This document shows, piece after piece, positions 49,901 through 62,924 of a DNA stretch of 64,000 nt. Each line of letters starts with the position of its first letter. The first letter of the stretch is position 1. The notes beneath the pieces are model-generated. The model was not told the origin of the DNA. It saw only the letters and a program-made list of their open reading frames with translations, and ran no database searches. This DNA comes from Eledone cirrhosa (lineage: Eukaryota). The translations under genes were made by a program, and so were the position numbers. The stretch lies in the NCBI GenBank assembly GCA_964016885.1, contig OZ024743.1, positions 153,946,001 through 154,010,000 on the forward strand. The letters are read 5' to 3'.

Positions 49901-51069
49901 TCACATAATTCCATTTGCTTTGATTCCACTTCATTCTATGTACCGTATCGAAGCCTTTATACACATGGGATTCACCATCAACGAAATGCCTAACAAGCTA
50001 TCATACGTTATCGATGTCATGAACAAGACTTTAATGGTGTTATTCCTAAAGATTTGAACATGAAAGTAGGCGGGCCGAGTGTTCAGTTAGCGTGTATTAT
50101 TTGATGTGATGTTCTGTAGCTGCAAGATTATTTGATGATATGCGAAGAGGTTGTATACATCGCTAAATATTTACAACTGACCACTCCACTACCGTGTACA
50201 GCTCTAAAATAGAACATGTTGTGTATAACCATTTAGTGTCATCTAATGTATTTGTAACAATCATGATGCTGGTATTTTTCTATTGGCTGAATACTATTGC
50301 TATCACTAACTACTTTACAGCCAGGATTTTATTATGCCTACAGCAATACAGAGATTGTCTGTCAGGAATGAAGTGTTCACACTACCTTGTGTTAGTTGTA
50401 ATTCAGAGTTACTCTTTCATAGTAATTTGGGTTGCTTTCATAGTAATTTGCGAAGCCCAATATTTTTATTCGGCTGTGGAGTCCATAGATTTCCCGTGAA
50501 TAATTTCGTTTCAAGTCACAGATTTTCTAGTCCGGTTACATTTACTGTGACTGAAATATGTTTCGCTTCAAAGCACACAAGTCAGGATCGCGCAACTAAT
50601 CACATAAGTGCTACCTCATTGTCATATATTGTCAGGATATTAGGAGTAATTGGAATAATGGCAGTCGGTCATACACACGAGCATATTTGGAGTGATATGA
50701 TAGTTGGAGTAATTGTTGTAATGGCAGAAAGTCATACTTGTCTGGTTAAGGGGTGGAACTAGGTTTGGAACGAATTAGAATAATGGTGGCTCATAATATT
50801 TAGCAAGTTGTATGATGGGGCGCCAAAATATTGCTTAGCAAATGTGTTTTCTTGACTGTGCAGAGTGTCTGTTTTAAATAGATAAGTAAATAATTATTAT
50901 CTTAATTAAATTTGTCTCTGAGATGCTATCCATATTTATCTGATATAACCTCAATTATCACAATAACATAGTAAATACAAAACAATATGAAATAATCGGA
51001 CAAGCAGCCACCATTTGTCTTTCGTATCTCGGGAGATTTATGAAGAGTAAGAAAAGAAAACACTAGAGG

Positions 51070-51120
51070 AAGGGAGAGTGAGTGAGTGAGTGAGAGAGAG
51101 AGGGAGAGAGAGAGAGAGAC

Positions 51121-51181
<61 letters not shown>

Positions 51182-51328
51182 AAGAGAGAGAGAGAGAGAT
51201 AGGGAATTTGTAGTAGAGAGAAGATCGTCTAGTTTCATTAGATTAAATAAATAATTATAATTATTGGTTGAACTTAATTTTATACACAAGTAGACACGAC
51301 GCCTTCTGAGCGATCTTCTGCTGGTACA

Positions 51329-51367
<39 letters not shown>

Positions 51368-51372
51368 TGTGT

Positions 51373-51416
<44 letters not shown>

Positions 51417-51460
51417 ATGTGTGTGTTTGTGTGTGTGTGGGGGGGGTATGTGTGTGTTGC
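51070..51460. repeat. (GA)n and (GT)n microsatellites
   Basis: Directly visible. Confidence 0.95.
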
Positions 51461-52049
51461 AATGTATACAAATATATGAAAATGGAAAACAACAACTTTT
51501 TTTATGTGAATTATATGAACTTGCATCGGCGTATTTAATTTTGTGGTTTAATGAATTCAATGCAACGCTATTTATTCCATACAAAATGATCATAGTGTAG
51601 CGAATATTCCGGTTGTAACGGATAAGTGAATAGATGGAATTGTTGGTATGATGGTTTCAGTGCAAAGAATAATACCAAGATCGTGTTGTTACAAAGTTTA
51701 TTTTATTATAACAATATTCAATTTGAATATTGAATGATAAAATTTATAACATGAAATATTCATACAATAATTTGGTGGCTCTTCGAGTCACGTAAATGCA
51801 AGTATCACAGAATACGATTATAAGATAATTTGTATTGTATCTGAAAGATACAATGTGACAGAAATGGTACGTATAAAAATGCAAGCAGTGTGAACTTACT
51901 GTGTGTGCGTATTACTATACTTTCTTGATTTATCAGTAGTAGTAATCACTCAGCCCGGCGTGTGAGAAAATAGTGGAGATACGTTTTTCATGAAGGGAGA
52001 TTTGACAGAGTAGGTGAAATGTCCGTTCTTGTCCGTGGTAACACTTTTA

Positions 52050-52272
52050 CTGCCGAGGCGTAAACAACACTTGTATTTATAAGGGTTGAAGTTAGAAGGA
52101 TAGATATATCCTCTGACCTTTGGTTAGTATCTCCCAAGGGGTTGGCTTGCCAGGTGTAAACAACTCAGAAGGATGGATATATCCTCTGATCTATTTTCTG
52201 CCAGGCGTTAACAACCTCTGACCTGTGTTTAGCATCTCCCAAGGGGTTGGGGTCTGCCGGGCGTAAGCAACT
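52050..52272 (+). repeat. Complex modular tandem repeat
   Basis: TGCC.GGCGTAAACAAC-like motif four times (~52051, 52148, 52199, 52255), AGAAGGAT.GATATATCCTCTGA twice, ATCTCCCAAGGGGTTGG twice. Confidence 0.75.
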
Positions 52273-53119
52273 AACCACGGCTTGTCACAGAGGCGGCGGG
52301 AAAGCTTAGATTCGGTTTCGAATCTTCGCCACCGTTATAATAGTTTTGCTGTTAAGCTGCGATGGGGTACAACCAAGCACCCGAAAGGATGTCCATTTTG
52401 ACAAGCATATACATCACATGTTTGAAACAGCGCAACTCCACATCTCCGAGAAGATTCAAACTATCGACTTTCGAATAAAACATTGTTAAATTTGATTTTC
52501 CTATACTCGATTCTCGGTAGTGGTGCCACTGTGCAGGGATACAGTAATATTGAAAAAGTAAAATTACTTTTGTAATGGACATACAATACAAATTCATACC
52601 AACATTTTGATGTATATTTAATTTGATATATTGTTACGATAAATGGTGGTGAATTGGCACCCCTATTATGCTTAAACGCTGTCCTATTGCTGCTGCCAAC
52701 TAAATAAAACTAGCCCTTTTTGCGTTATATCCAAATGAGCATTTGCAGCCGGTTTTCTCTTTGTTCTATGCAAATGAACATCTCTAGCAAATGTTCATAA
52801 CACACAATGTTATACAGATTGTAGTCTATTTCCATGCACTAAAGATTGAGTAAGTACCACGGATGAAAGATTAACAAACCTCCAAAACCGTCAAAACGTA
52901 TCGACAAACCTGTCATATATTCACAGAGTAAAATATAGTAAAATAAATTTCTTCGTTCCGAAAAGTTATTTTTATTTGATAGCGAGTCTAGCTATTTAGC
53001 TTTTTTGTATCGCTGTATACATATAAGCATGAGTATTTTGTATATCTGGAGATATACGGTATGGTAATAAATAATCACCCCGAAAGCCTTCAGCTATGAA
53101 GTTGGAAGCTGATGATGTA

Positions 53120-53133
53120 GCGCCATCTAGTGG
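53120..53133 (-). promoter_or_regulatory. Candidate CTCF-binding site
   Basis: Minus strand CCACTAGATGGCGC matches the bilaterian CTCF core consensus CCASYAGRKGGCRS. Motif match only. Confidence 0.5.
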
Positions 53134-53289
53134 ATTTTAGCAGAAGCAACGGGTGGGTAACTGGTGAGGACGAACAACTATTTCTCCCCTGTTCATTATC
53201 AAGACAGTGTTCCCTTCCCTTGCTCTCTTCTGGGATTCAATATAGGCAATAACATATAGTTTTGACACCTATATATATGCATACATTAA

Positions 53290-53566
53290 TCAGTAGACAC
53301 TGAAGTTGAAGAACTCAGAGCTGTACGGGAAAGTTAGCTTGAAATTAACACAGAGGTGGCTGAGCTTAGCTGGACATGCTCGCCGACATTCAGAGTTGAC
53401 ACTGCAGTCAGTGCTCCCGTGGGAGACCCTAAAATGACACACTAGAAGAGGGAGACCGTGGCTAACATATGTTTATGCTCTAAGGACAAACACAGGTCAC
53501 TTGGAGAAGCAGGACATGGCGGTCATGATGAAGAACAGATACCATGGAACTCGGGAATTTTACCCG

Positions 53567-53570
<4 letters not shown>
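53290..53570 (+). mobile_element. 3' fragment of an RTE-group LINE ending at (TA)n
   Basis: LSLAGHARRH...TRRGRPWLTYV...QDMAVMM. Homologous to 60411-60560. Confidence 0.7.
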
Positions 53571-53648
<78 letters not shown>

Positions 53649-54089
53649 GTGTGCTAGCAACCAAAGTGCGTGATAAAGTTATATTTGTATAAATGCAAAG
53701 CGTGTAACCGATACTGCACCAATATGTATATAAATATACATATATTCAATATGTAGACAGGCCGGCTCCTAGCTCTCTTTTTTTGAAATATCTTAATGAA
53801 TTTCCGACACGAGCGCTGATTATATGCAAATTATTACGTCCATTTCACAATCATACTCAGGGTCATGGTTATATAAGCCAACCAAATATGATTCCATATA
53901 ACTGTTTGAATAATATACACGCTTTCTTATGGGGCCCCTATTAGGTCCAAAATTCGATTAAAGCGGTTTATCATTATTTTCAATTTACAGGGAAATTTGT
54001 AATTCCTGGAATGTTTACATGCCTGCATATTAAGTGCAGTTATCTCGGTTACACACTTCATATTTATACACATATAACTTTATCATATA

Positions 54090-54429
54090 TATACAAACAA
54101 AGGCTCCCATCGGTCACTAATGACCATGGTTTTGCACCTAAAATGTTTCCCACCAAGACACAAGCCTGGGCAGAGTGTGTTTGTAGAAGACATGCAGTTG
54201 CCCATGCATATCAGTCTCCCATCACCATGCCACTGATGTTGGCGATTGAAAGGCGATGGTCGATACAGCGTAGCACCAGAAACGGTGCAACTCATTTCTA
54301 CAGCAACTCATTTCTAAAGCAATGTGAAATGAAGTGGCTTGCACAAGGACACAACGCATAACCCGGTCCGAGAATTGAACTCACAACTTCTTAATTGCAA
54401 GTCCATCACTCTAACCACTAAGCCATGCA
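54090..54429 (-). mobile_element. tRNA-derived SINE (second family)
   Basis: Minus-strand head GCATGGCTTAGTGGTTAGAG (A box) ... GAGTTCAATTCTC (B box), then GTGTCCTTGTGCAAGCCACTT body. Confidence 0.75.
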
Positions 54430-56808
54430 TATATATTTATATAGTCATATGAAGCCATTTAAACACATGGGAATTTGCATGTGTGTGTATGTGTGTGTGT
54501 GTGTGTCAGTGTGCGTGTGTGTGTGTGTTCTAGTTTTACAAGGTTTCATTTTTTCTGAAATTTTACTTTATGTTGTTAGCTTATAGAAGAATCTTTTCTG
54601 TACATTAAGCAATTTATCCATATAATGATAGCTGTCTACTGGATGTAGGTTACCCACTACCGAAAATTAAATAATATCCGTGTGTTCTTTTACTTCAATC
54701 ATTACTGTAATTTAAGTTCTATTTTAATGTAATGTAGTTCTATTTTACTGTAATCATTTTAACAGCTGTAGTGTTGTGTCTTTACACAATTTCCGATTGG
54801 TGAAATTGTTTGAAGATTATAATGTCTTCTACTTCTTAAATGTATATAACTGTGTAACATCGAGGTTTTATATTCGTTGCGTCGTTTTATTTAGTTATGT
54901 CTTGAGCAGCATGAAACTCGCGTATGATTTGCATGTGTGTACTGTTCGTATGTCAGTTGTACGAATATAGACATTCAAGTATCAAAAAAATGACTAAATG
55001 GCTGATTGGGAAAATTGTACCTTACTCAAATACATATAATCTCCTTGTGTTTTTTTCTGTTTACGGCGCTGGTTCCTTCCTTTCTGAATTAGCAAGGACA
55101 GTTCCACCATCGAAATTCCAATCTGGTCTTCTTATAAACTTAAAATAGCAAAACTTCAAATAGCAAAAACATTTGAGTGACGGGTGGAGTGTGATGTAGA
55201 CGACACACTTCATGGGTAAACATTTTCCTTTGGTCTATGTAAGGAAAATGTTGATGATCAGGAACTGATCATATTTCTATTAAGTTTGTACTCTTACTAT
55301 ATTTGTCAAAAGTTTCAAAGTCTTTGCAATGTTTGTAACGGAGAAGGATTATATGAAACTAACATTGTAAATAATAATCAAAGATTTCCAAATGATCAAT
55401 ATCAATTATGTGACTTTATTTAAGAAATTTCTCTAGTTTTCATCAGTTATATATCAACTTAATAGCGACAGATCGCTAATTCCTGTTTAATATGTTGTTT
55501 TCATAGTTGGAGCTATGTATGATATGTTGCTGAAGAACCTCAACAAATAGCATAAAGAAAACATGGACGAGTTAATTTTCCTATAAATATTCTATCTTCA
55601 TTTATATATATCATTCAGGTCATGAAGATAGTTTTAAACATTCTTTGCTATTTATATGTAAAATAATATTTCAGTGTTGTCTGTTTGACCCTTTTCGCTC
55701 ATATCTTATAGCTAAAGGATGATTAAGAGATATTTAAGAAAATGCGTTGTTACTCATTACTGCTGTTTTATGGATAGTATATAATTGATTGCAATCATAC
55801 AAAAACACAAACACACTGATATACACATACACAACATGTCCACATATATGTTAATAAACATTTAGGAGTATTATATTCGTAGTTATGTATTGGTAATCCA
55901 AAAGGAAAATGACTGTCAATAATTATACATGCAGATGTAGTCTCAAGAGAATTTGAAATCCAATATTTAGGAAACGCATGTTAGAATTATTTAAAACGTC
56001 TATCAGAAAATAATGACTCTCTCTACAATAAGCAGACATTTCTAGGAAAAGTAGAAGCAGGATATATGTGTCATTCATATAGCTACATAGAGTAACACTT
56101 TAGTAAGGTTTTTACCAGGATTGCTACGAAATGTGTTTATATCATAAAGAGTTAATACAACAATTTCAATATCTCTAGAACCAATTGGAAAGACTCAGTT
56201 TTAGTTTCATCACTGAAATATTAAAAGTAACATACAAGTTTTAAATATGTTCAAAATTGATATCAGTAGAGCTTGAGACGCACAGCATTCATATAGCAGT
56301 CCTACGCAGAATACGAGTTTATGACTTTGTATTCTTAACGATATGAAATATGCATTTTCTGGAGTTTCAAACAACAGTTGGATTCGCTATGAAGAACATA
56401 GTGCCAAAACTTATACAAACGTATATGGCAGTAAACGACAGAATCATAGTGAATTCTTGGAGACATTCCCATCTATAATTATTGACGAATTCCCAACTAC
56501 CAACTAACTCAAATAATATATTTGAAACAATTGCAGTATCCTGAAGATGGACATATATAAAAATAAGACATACGTTTATATTTTGATACTCAATCTTCCT
56601 TTCTGACGTGTGTTCTATATCATTGACATTGATTTCGTAATAATACACACTCGCTTTTACGTGAATAGGTGAAAGTTAGATTTAGGACTCATGAAACGTA
56701 TTTGTGTGTGTATATTTGTATGTGAATAAGTATGTATGTGTATGTGATGGCGTGTAGCTTAGTGGTTACGGTGCTGCCCACAAATATATATGTATGTAGG
56801 TCTTTGCG

Positions 56809-56887
<79 letters not shown>

Positions 56888-56914
56888 GATAAAGAGAGGA
56901 ACAATATATATGTA

Positions 56915-56953
<39 letters not shown>

Positions 56954-57157
56954 AATTTCTCTAATACCCCTGTCCAATCCTATCGCTTTCTATTTGCTCA
57001 TAGCGTCGTACTTACATGCACACACACACTCTTTTACTCACATATACACACACATTTCTTCTTAGATTCATACGGACCTATAATAACACACAACCTCATG
57101 CTTACGCACGTGCTCAAGTATAGCTCTTTTTACGAAACGTTTTTTTTTCCATTTCAG

Positions 57158-57284
57158 GTAGACGCGCCCGATCATCCACTTTTCTAAAAAACAAATCATA
57201 CACAAAACGCCAGCACCAACAGTTTCGCAAGATATGTCAACATGAATGGACCTATTATCTTTATCTAAAGACATTTAAAGTAGA
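57158..57284 (+). other. Candidate internal exon (127 bp), host transcript unknown
   Basis: Strong acceptor TTTTTTTTTCCATTTCAG| and donor |GTGAGT. One frame is open (RRARSSTFLKNKSYTKRQHQQFRKICQHEWTYYLYLKTFKV) with no recognisable homology. Confidence 0.3.
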
Positions 57285-57618
57285 GTGAGTAATAGGAAAA
57301 AGTATTACCCTGACGGCAGACTAAGTCCAGAAATAGCCCTCGAAACGGTTTGAGCTCTGCCGTCGGGGTCATACGTTTTCCTCTATATATATAAATATAT
57401 ATATATACATATATTGTACCTCTCTCTATTTCTTCCTTCTCTCTCTCTCATTTTATCTCTCATTCTATTTCTGGTTGTTCAGATAAAAAGAGATCGCAGA
57501 CTAATCGAATGACTAAAATCAGTAAATGCTCCGATACCTTTTAATAGCTATTATTAATTTGCACTGGGTAATTGCTGGCCTTGTGCCTGAAGTAGAAACA
57601 ATTATTAATTTGGTTTAA

Positions 57619-57985
57619 GGGCGGTGGATTGTCAGTATCGGTAGAGGGTCGGGCGCCATGCTTTCCAGCATAGTTACGTCCCATTACGATCTGAGTTCAA
57701 ATACCGCCGAGGTTGACTTTGCCTTTCATCCTTACGGGTCGATAAAATAAAGTACCAGTAATGCACTGGATAATTGCTGGCCTTGTGCCTAACGTAGAAA
57801 CAATTATTAATTTGGTTTATTGGCTGGTGGATTGGCAGTGTTAGCAGAGCGTTGGACCACATGCTTTGTGTCCCTTCTTTTCAGAGTTCAAATACTTCTG
57901 GGGTTAGCTTTGCCTTAAATTCTTATGGGGTGGATAAAATAAAGTTCCAGTAACACACAGGAGTTGATTTACTCGACTTTAAACC
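57619..57985 (+). mobile_element. Two head-to-tail tRNA-derived SINEs (57619-57808 and ~57822-57985), preceded by a further SINE tail at ~57560-57610
   Basis: GGCGGTGGATTG.CAGTATCGGTAG...GAGTTCAAAT.CCGCCGAGGTTGACTTTGCCTTTCATCC...GTCGATAAAATAAAGTACCAGT. Resembles the abundant octopus SINE. Confidence 0.85.
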
Positions 57986-58119
57986 TCCACATAAGGAAAT
58001 ATATAAGACAAACGGAGATCTGCAGCTGCACCTCATCAGACACCTTGTTCACAGGACAGTATCGTGTGTGCGCGTATATATATATATTCATGTACGAATG
58101 CCTAAGTATTTGTGTTCTG

Positions 58120-58905
58120 ATAAATGGTGGTAAATCGAAACCATTCAATGTGGGAGATTGACTCCTCCAAGGGTGCGTACTGTCACCTCTCCTGTTCATT
58201 CTTTACATGAACAGGATTGACATGTGCAGCCGGATTGGGAGTAGTATCATGACTGGCAGGAGTAAAATCAGCCAGCTGGAATTTGCAGACGAGATAGTTT
58301 TATTTAACACGACAGAAGGTGATCTCCGACATGCACTCGATAGAAAATGATGCCTCGTGTTGCATGGCTGGAATGAAAAACCAGTACCGCGAAAAGGGAG
58401 ACACTCATCCTCTCAAAAAAGCCCGCGCAGTGCACTTTACATGTTAATAGAGTTCCACTGAAGCTTGTAGAGAAGTTCAAATATCTCGGGGCTGTGTTCA
58501 CGAATGATGGAAGGCAGGAGGCTGAATTAAGTGCAAGAATTGCAGGATCCGTTTTTCCGAAGGGTCTTTAGAGTAAAGTTATTCGATAGAGTGTGTATCG
58601 CGGAGATGAGAGTCACTCCAGGTAGAGCCGTTACTTCTCAGATTTGAGAGATCACAGCTCCGATACTATGGACATGTGGTTAGAATGTTCTAGGAAAGAA
58701 TCGCTGGACGGAATTTACAGACCAAACCAACTGGCAGAAGACCCAGGAGTAAACCCCGAGCAAGATGGTTGAATAACATCCATGAGTTTGGCTGATCTCG
58801 CTTGGGGATCCAACTGAGCCAGTTGGAGTAGGTTGTTTCAGATAGGACCTGCTGGAAGGAGTGTTTGAGAACTCTGCTTCAACGACACCCCCCAAGAAGA
58901 AGTGG
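58120..58905 (+). mobile_element. 5'-truncated, internally deleted RTE LINE
   Basis: LLQGCVLSPLLFILYMNRID, EFADE, VEKFKYLGAVFTNDG. The 3' end is shared with 46690-46855 and ends in AAGAAGAAG. Confidence 0.82.
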
Positions 58906-58942
58906 GCGGAGAATAAGAGTAGGAAGATATATATATATATAC

Positions 58943-59340
58943 ATGGCAGAGTCATTAATATGTTGTATTGATAATATCTTAGTATTTGATCCGGTTCACT
59001 GTATTCTGAGTTCAAATCATGCCATAGTCAACTTTATGATAACATAATGCACCAGTTAAATACTGTGGTCTATATAATCGAGAATTGTGACCCTTATTTC
59101 TAAATCAGAAATTATTATTATGCTTGTGATTATTATTATGCGTGTGAAGGGCGGTGGATTGGCAGTATCGGTAGAGGGTCGGACGCCATGCTTTCCAGCA
59201 TAGTTACGTCCCTTTACGATCTAAGTTCAAATCCCGCCGAGGTTGACTTTGCCTTTCATCCTTACGGGGTCGATAAAATAAAGAACCAGTAATGAACTGG
59301 GTATTTGCTGGCCTTGTGCCTAAAGTAGAAAGAATTATTA
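58943..59340 (+). mobile_element. Tandem SINEs: a decayed copy (~58943-59120) and a well-preserved copy (59149-59340)
   Basis: Same family as 57619-57808, with ATT-rich tails. Confidence 0.85.
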
Positions 59341-60272
59341 TGCTTGTGATTATTATTACTATTAGTTCGCATGTAATCGTCCTAGTTAATTCATTCGAAT
59401 ATTCTCCTTAATTACGCTATATACACCTTTAACTTATTAGTGTGAAGACACCTTTTTTTTTTTTGTTCCATGTCAAATTACTTAAAATTCATTCTATTTA
59501 ATTTATCCACGTAATGATTTCTCTATTCCTTCCTCTGGGACCATGATGTCTTACACGTTTGGGGTTCTGCACGGCTGGGAGTTTGAGTGGTCGGATAGAG
59601 CGTGACTCGGTTATTTCTTTGACAGGTTTGGGCTGTTACCGTTAGCCACTACTTACATACATGTATGAACAAATTCGTAAGCAAACATGCTTGAAGCTGA
59701 AATTCTACTTTACCTTCTCTCTTCCATCCCTTATATCTTTCTAAATTTTCTAAATTTTCTAAATTTTCAATATGATATTTGATTGACATATTTTAAAATG
59801 TTTATATCAGCATTCAGAGATTAGGAAATGTTAAAGCAAAAATTCTGCGCTTGGATTTATAAACTGTTTAAATAATAAATATTTGCTCCACAGTTCTATT
59901 CGCTCTCGCACACACACACACACACACATATATAGATTAATTGTTTCTACTTTTGGCACAAGGCCAGCAATTATCCCAGTTTATTACTAGTACTTATATA
60001 TATTTATACACATACATATATATGTCATCTTTGGCGGCTCACTTTACTGAGGTGTCAGGTTTTAGCGGCGGTTGTTGTGAGTTTTTGCTTTTTGTTGATG
60101 GCCTGGTTGATTCATTCATTTTTAATAGTATTAGTGATGAAATGCGAAGTTGGCAAATGTGTAAGAGTAAAGATTCTGTACTTGGATTTATAAACTGTGT
60201 ATATAATAAATATTTGCTCCACAGTTATATTTGCTTATACATATATATGTGTGTGTTTCTCTTTTTACTGTG

Positions 60273-60400
<128 letters not shown>

Positions 60401-60410
60401 CTATCTCTAT

Positions 60411-60559
60411 CTAAGGCGGATAAAATTCCCGAGATCCATGGACGAGTTCTCTCCAGCGGTCTCTGTCCCTCATTATCGCTGCCATATCCTGCATCTCCAA
60501 CAGACCAGTGTCTGTCCTTAGGGCATCAACATATGTTAACCTTGGTCTTCCTCTTCTAG

Positions 60560-60560
<1 letters not shown>
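60411..60560 (-). mobile_element. 3' fragment of an RTE-group LINE between (TA)n tracts
   Basis: TRRGRPRLTYVDALRTDTGLLEMQDMAAIMRDRDRWRELV. Homologous to 53440-53570. Confidence 0.75.
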
Positions 60561-60595
<35 letters not shown>

Positions 60596-60812
60596 TAAAT
60601 GCAGAAACAGGTAATAGACAATAATTAAATATATAAATAGATAAATAAATGCCATTGTTAAATAATAAATAAATCAACTAATAACTTAACGCTTCACACA
60701 AAGTAAAATATTTCGTTTTAATAATTTTCTAACCCAGAAAAAAAAGAGAGAGAGGGACAAAAAAAGGACAACAATATATTTTTCTTCCTCATAATCGTCT
60801 CTTTCTCCCTGT

Positions 60813-60846
<34 letters not shown>

Positions 60847-60849
<3 letters not shown>

Positions 60850-61296
60850 AAGTTTTATTTAAATTGTTGGTTTACAACGAGTAAATATTTATAACTGATA
60901 TAAAAGCACTCAACAAGTATTTGGAGTATATTTACGATATTAAATAAATGGAAACTATATTTATAAAACCATATCTATTTCACTATATATATTTCAGGGA
61001 TATCATATTAAAAATATGGTATGCCTTCATCAGACAAAATACAATATAAACAGTCTTATAAATAGATAGATTTGACATACCTTACAACTTCAACTTCCAT
61101 TTAAAAAGTTGATTTGGTATCAACTTTTTAAATGGAAGTTGAAGTTGTAAGGTATGTCAAATCTATCTATTTATAAGACTGTTTATATTGTATTTTGTCT
61201 GATGAAGGCATACCATATTTTTAATATGATATCCCTGAAATATATATAGTGAAATAGATATGGTTTTATAAATATAGTTTCCATTTATTTAATATC

Positions 61297-61299
<3 letters not shown>
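60847..61299. mobile_element. Penelope-like inverted pseudo-LTR remnant: 181 bp arm palindrome plus tail, inside (TA)n
   Basis: Arms 60933-61113 and 61119-61299 with a 5 nt spacer; no mismatch seen by eye. Hammerhead motif in each arm. The tail (60847-60932) shares TTGAGTGCTT with the tail of the 22.4 kb element. Confidence 0.78.
61191..61256 (+). ncRNA. Minimal type I hammerhead ribozyme motif (mirror copy on the minus strand at 60976-61041)
   Basis: Stem I TATTTTGT/GTGAAATA (three G-U pairs); CTGATGA 61199-205; stem II AGGcATAcCATATT/AATATGaTATcCCT; GAAA 61237-40; TATATA-TA. Predicted cleavage after 61248. Confidence 0.75.
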
Positions 61300-61382
<83 letters not shown>

Positions 61383-61427
61383 TTATATATATATACACAC
61401 ATAAATGTCATCGAATAAGAGAAAGTG

Positions 61428-62891
61428 AGTAAGTGAAGTCGGTCTTAGTGAGTCGAGAGAACTATGCCATATTCAAGGAAGCAAGAAGTTCTATGGCTTG
61501 TTGTAGTGTGCAGTGATATTACTACGGGGAAGATGCTTTTCCCATATCATATGGATAAACATAAACAAATGAACAAGACACCGTCAACTTTAATGGGTTT
61601 TTTTGTAACATGATTTATTTCGAAATCATGTGCAGCAATGAACAGTGGAAAAAGAATATATGTATAGTTGTAGTGTGTCATGTGTGCAAAAGTAGTAACA
61701 TTTAACTGACCTGACCTGTGTTGGTACATTTTTCTCAGCTAATGTTGACCCCAGGAAGGATGGCTAGTGAGAGTGTGTACTGTTTTTATTGCTACATCAC
61801 TAACCGAAGGAAACAAGCGGCCTCACTGTTGCGAAGCAAGAGGCCGACTGATTTCTCCAACAGAAAATTGATTTATTGTTCTCCCTGCGCACAAGTGGCA
61901 CGGTTAGCCCGTCAACCAGAGAACTTTATCTAAATTATGGGGCTCTGAATTCGTAGATCAGTATTAAGATGGTTGTGTGCGGCTGACTAAGAAAAACCAT
62001 CATGGGAAACTGTGTCGGGATTTTGCTATACTAGTTTCTTGCCTAGATCGATGCCACAGCAGTGATCGCCAATAAAAAAGTAGTGAAATACTAAACACGA
62101 CTTGAAAAGAAAAAAATCTGATCGAGGTTTATGTTGGTTTTAGTTATATGGAGCGTTGAGTCAGTTTATATATCTTGAAAAAATAACAACAAAAAAACAA
62201 AGTTCATTCCGTAGCAAGTTGTGAATGTATAACTAGAGTGAAGTATAGCCATTGGGGTAAGTATGTGCAACTGCAAGAAGCATGTCTGTAATGCTATGTC
62301 GTTTTGAGTTGTACACCTGAGTTAGGTGGTTAAGAGGCAATAGTTTTGCGGTAACTTCAAGTAGTCGATTAAGGAAATCTTACAATATCCCTACATGAAT
62401 CAAGTTTGTGTGTGTGCGTGTGCATGCAAACATTTTATACAGATGTGTCAAAAATGCAAAACATGAAGTAACATTTTGTAACATAAATAGTTCAGTTAAC
62501 ATCCATATACAATTTTTTTCAGAAAGTGAAAAAAAAAAAGGAAGAAATAATTGTTCTAAACAATTAAGAGTTCGGTGTTTTCTTTGTATGTGAGTGCTTT
62601 TTCTATGTTGTTGCCGCCATGTGTCGAACTTAGATACTGTTGATCTGCTATAGTTGTTTTTTTTTTTCTGTAGTTCTAATAAAGTCTGTTGTTGAAAATG
62701 TTCGCCGTTATTGATGCCACCAATTCTGTCATTGTTGTTGGTGCCACAGACATTGTTGTTGCCACAGATGTTGTTGTTGCCACAGATGTTGTTGCTGCCA
62801 CTGTTGTTCTTTTGTAAGGACGGATCATCAACTTGGCGGCGGTAGATATGAGAATTGGTTTCGTGTTGTTGCCTGGTTAGATCATTCATTT

Positions 62892-62924
<33 letters not shown>

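Noticed and set aside
50194-50762. Overlapping 101 and 142 aa ORFs
   Set aside because: No recognisable motifs; composition is consistent with chance ORFs.
53079-53116. GAAA ... CTGATGA in type II hammerhead order
   Set aside because: No stem I hairpin and no stem II closure.
62380-62889. 169 aa ORF with NNNICG repeats
   Set aside because: Kept open by an 18 bp minisatellite and low-complexity sequence; no domain or splice support.
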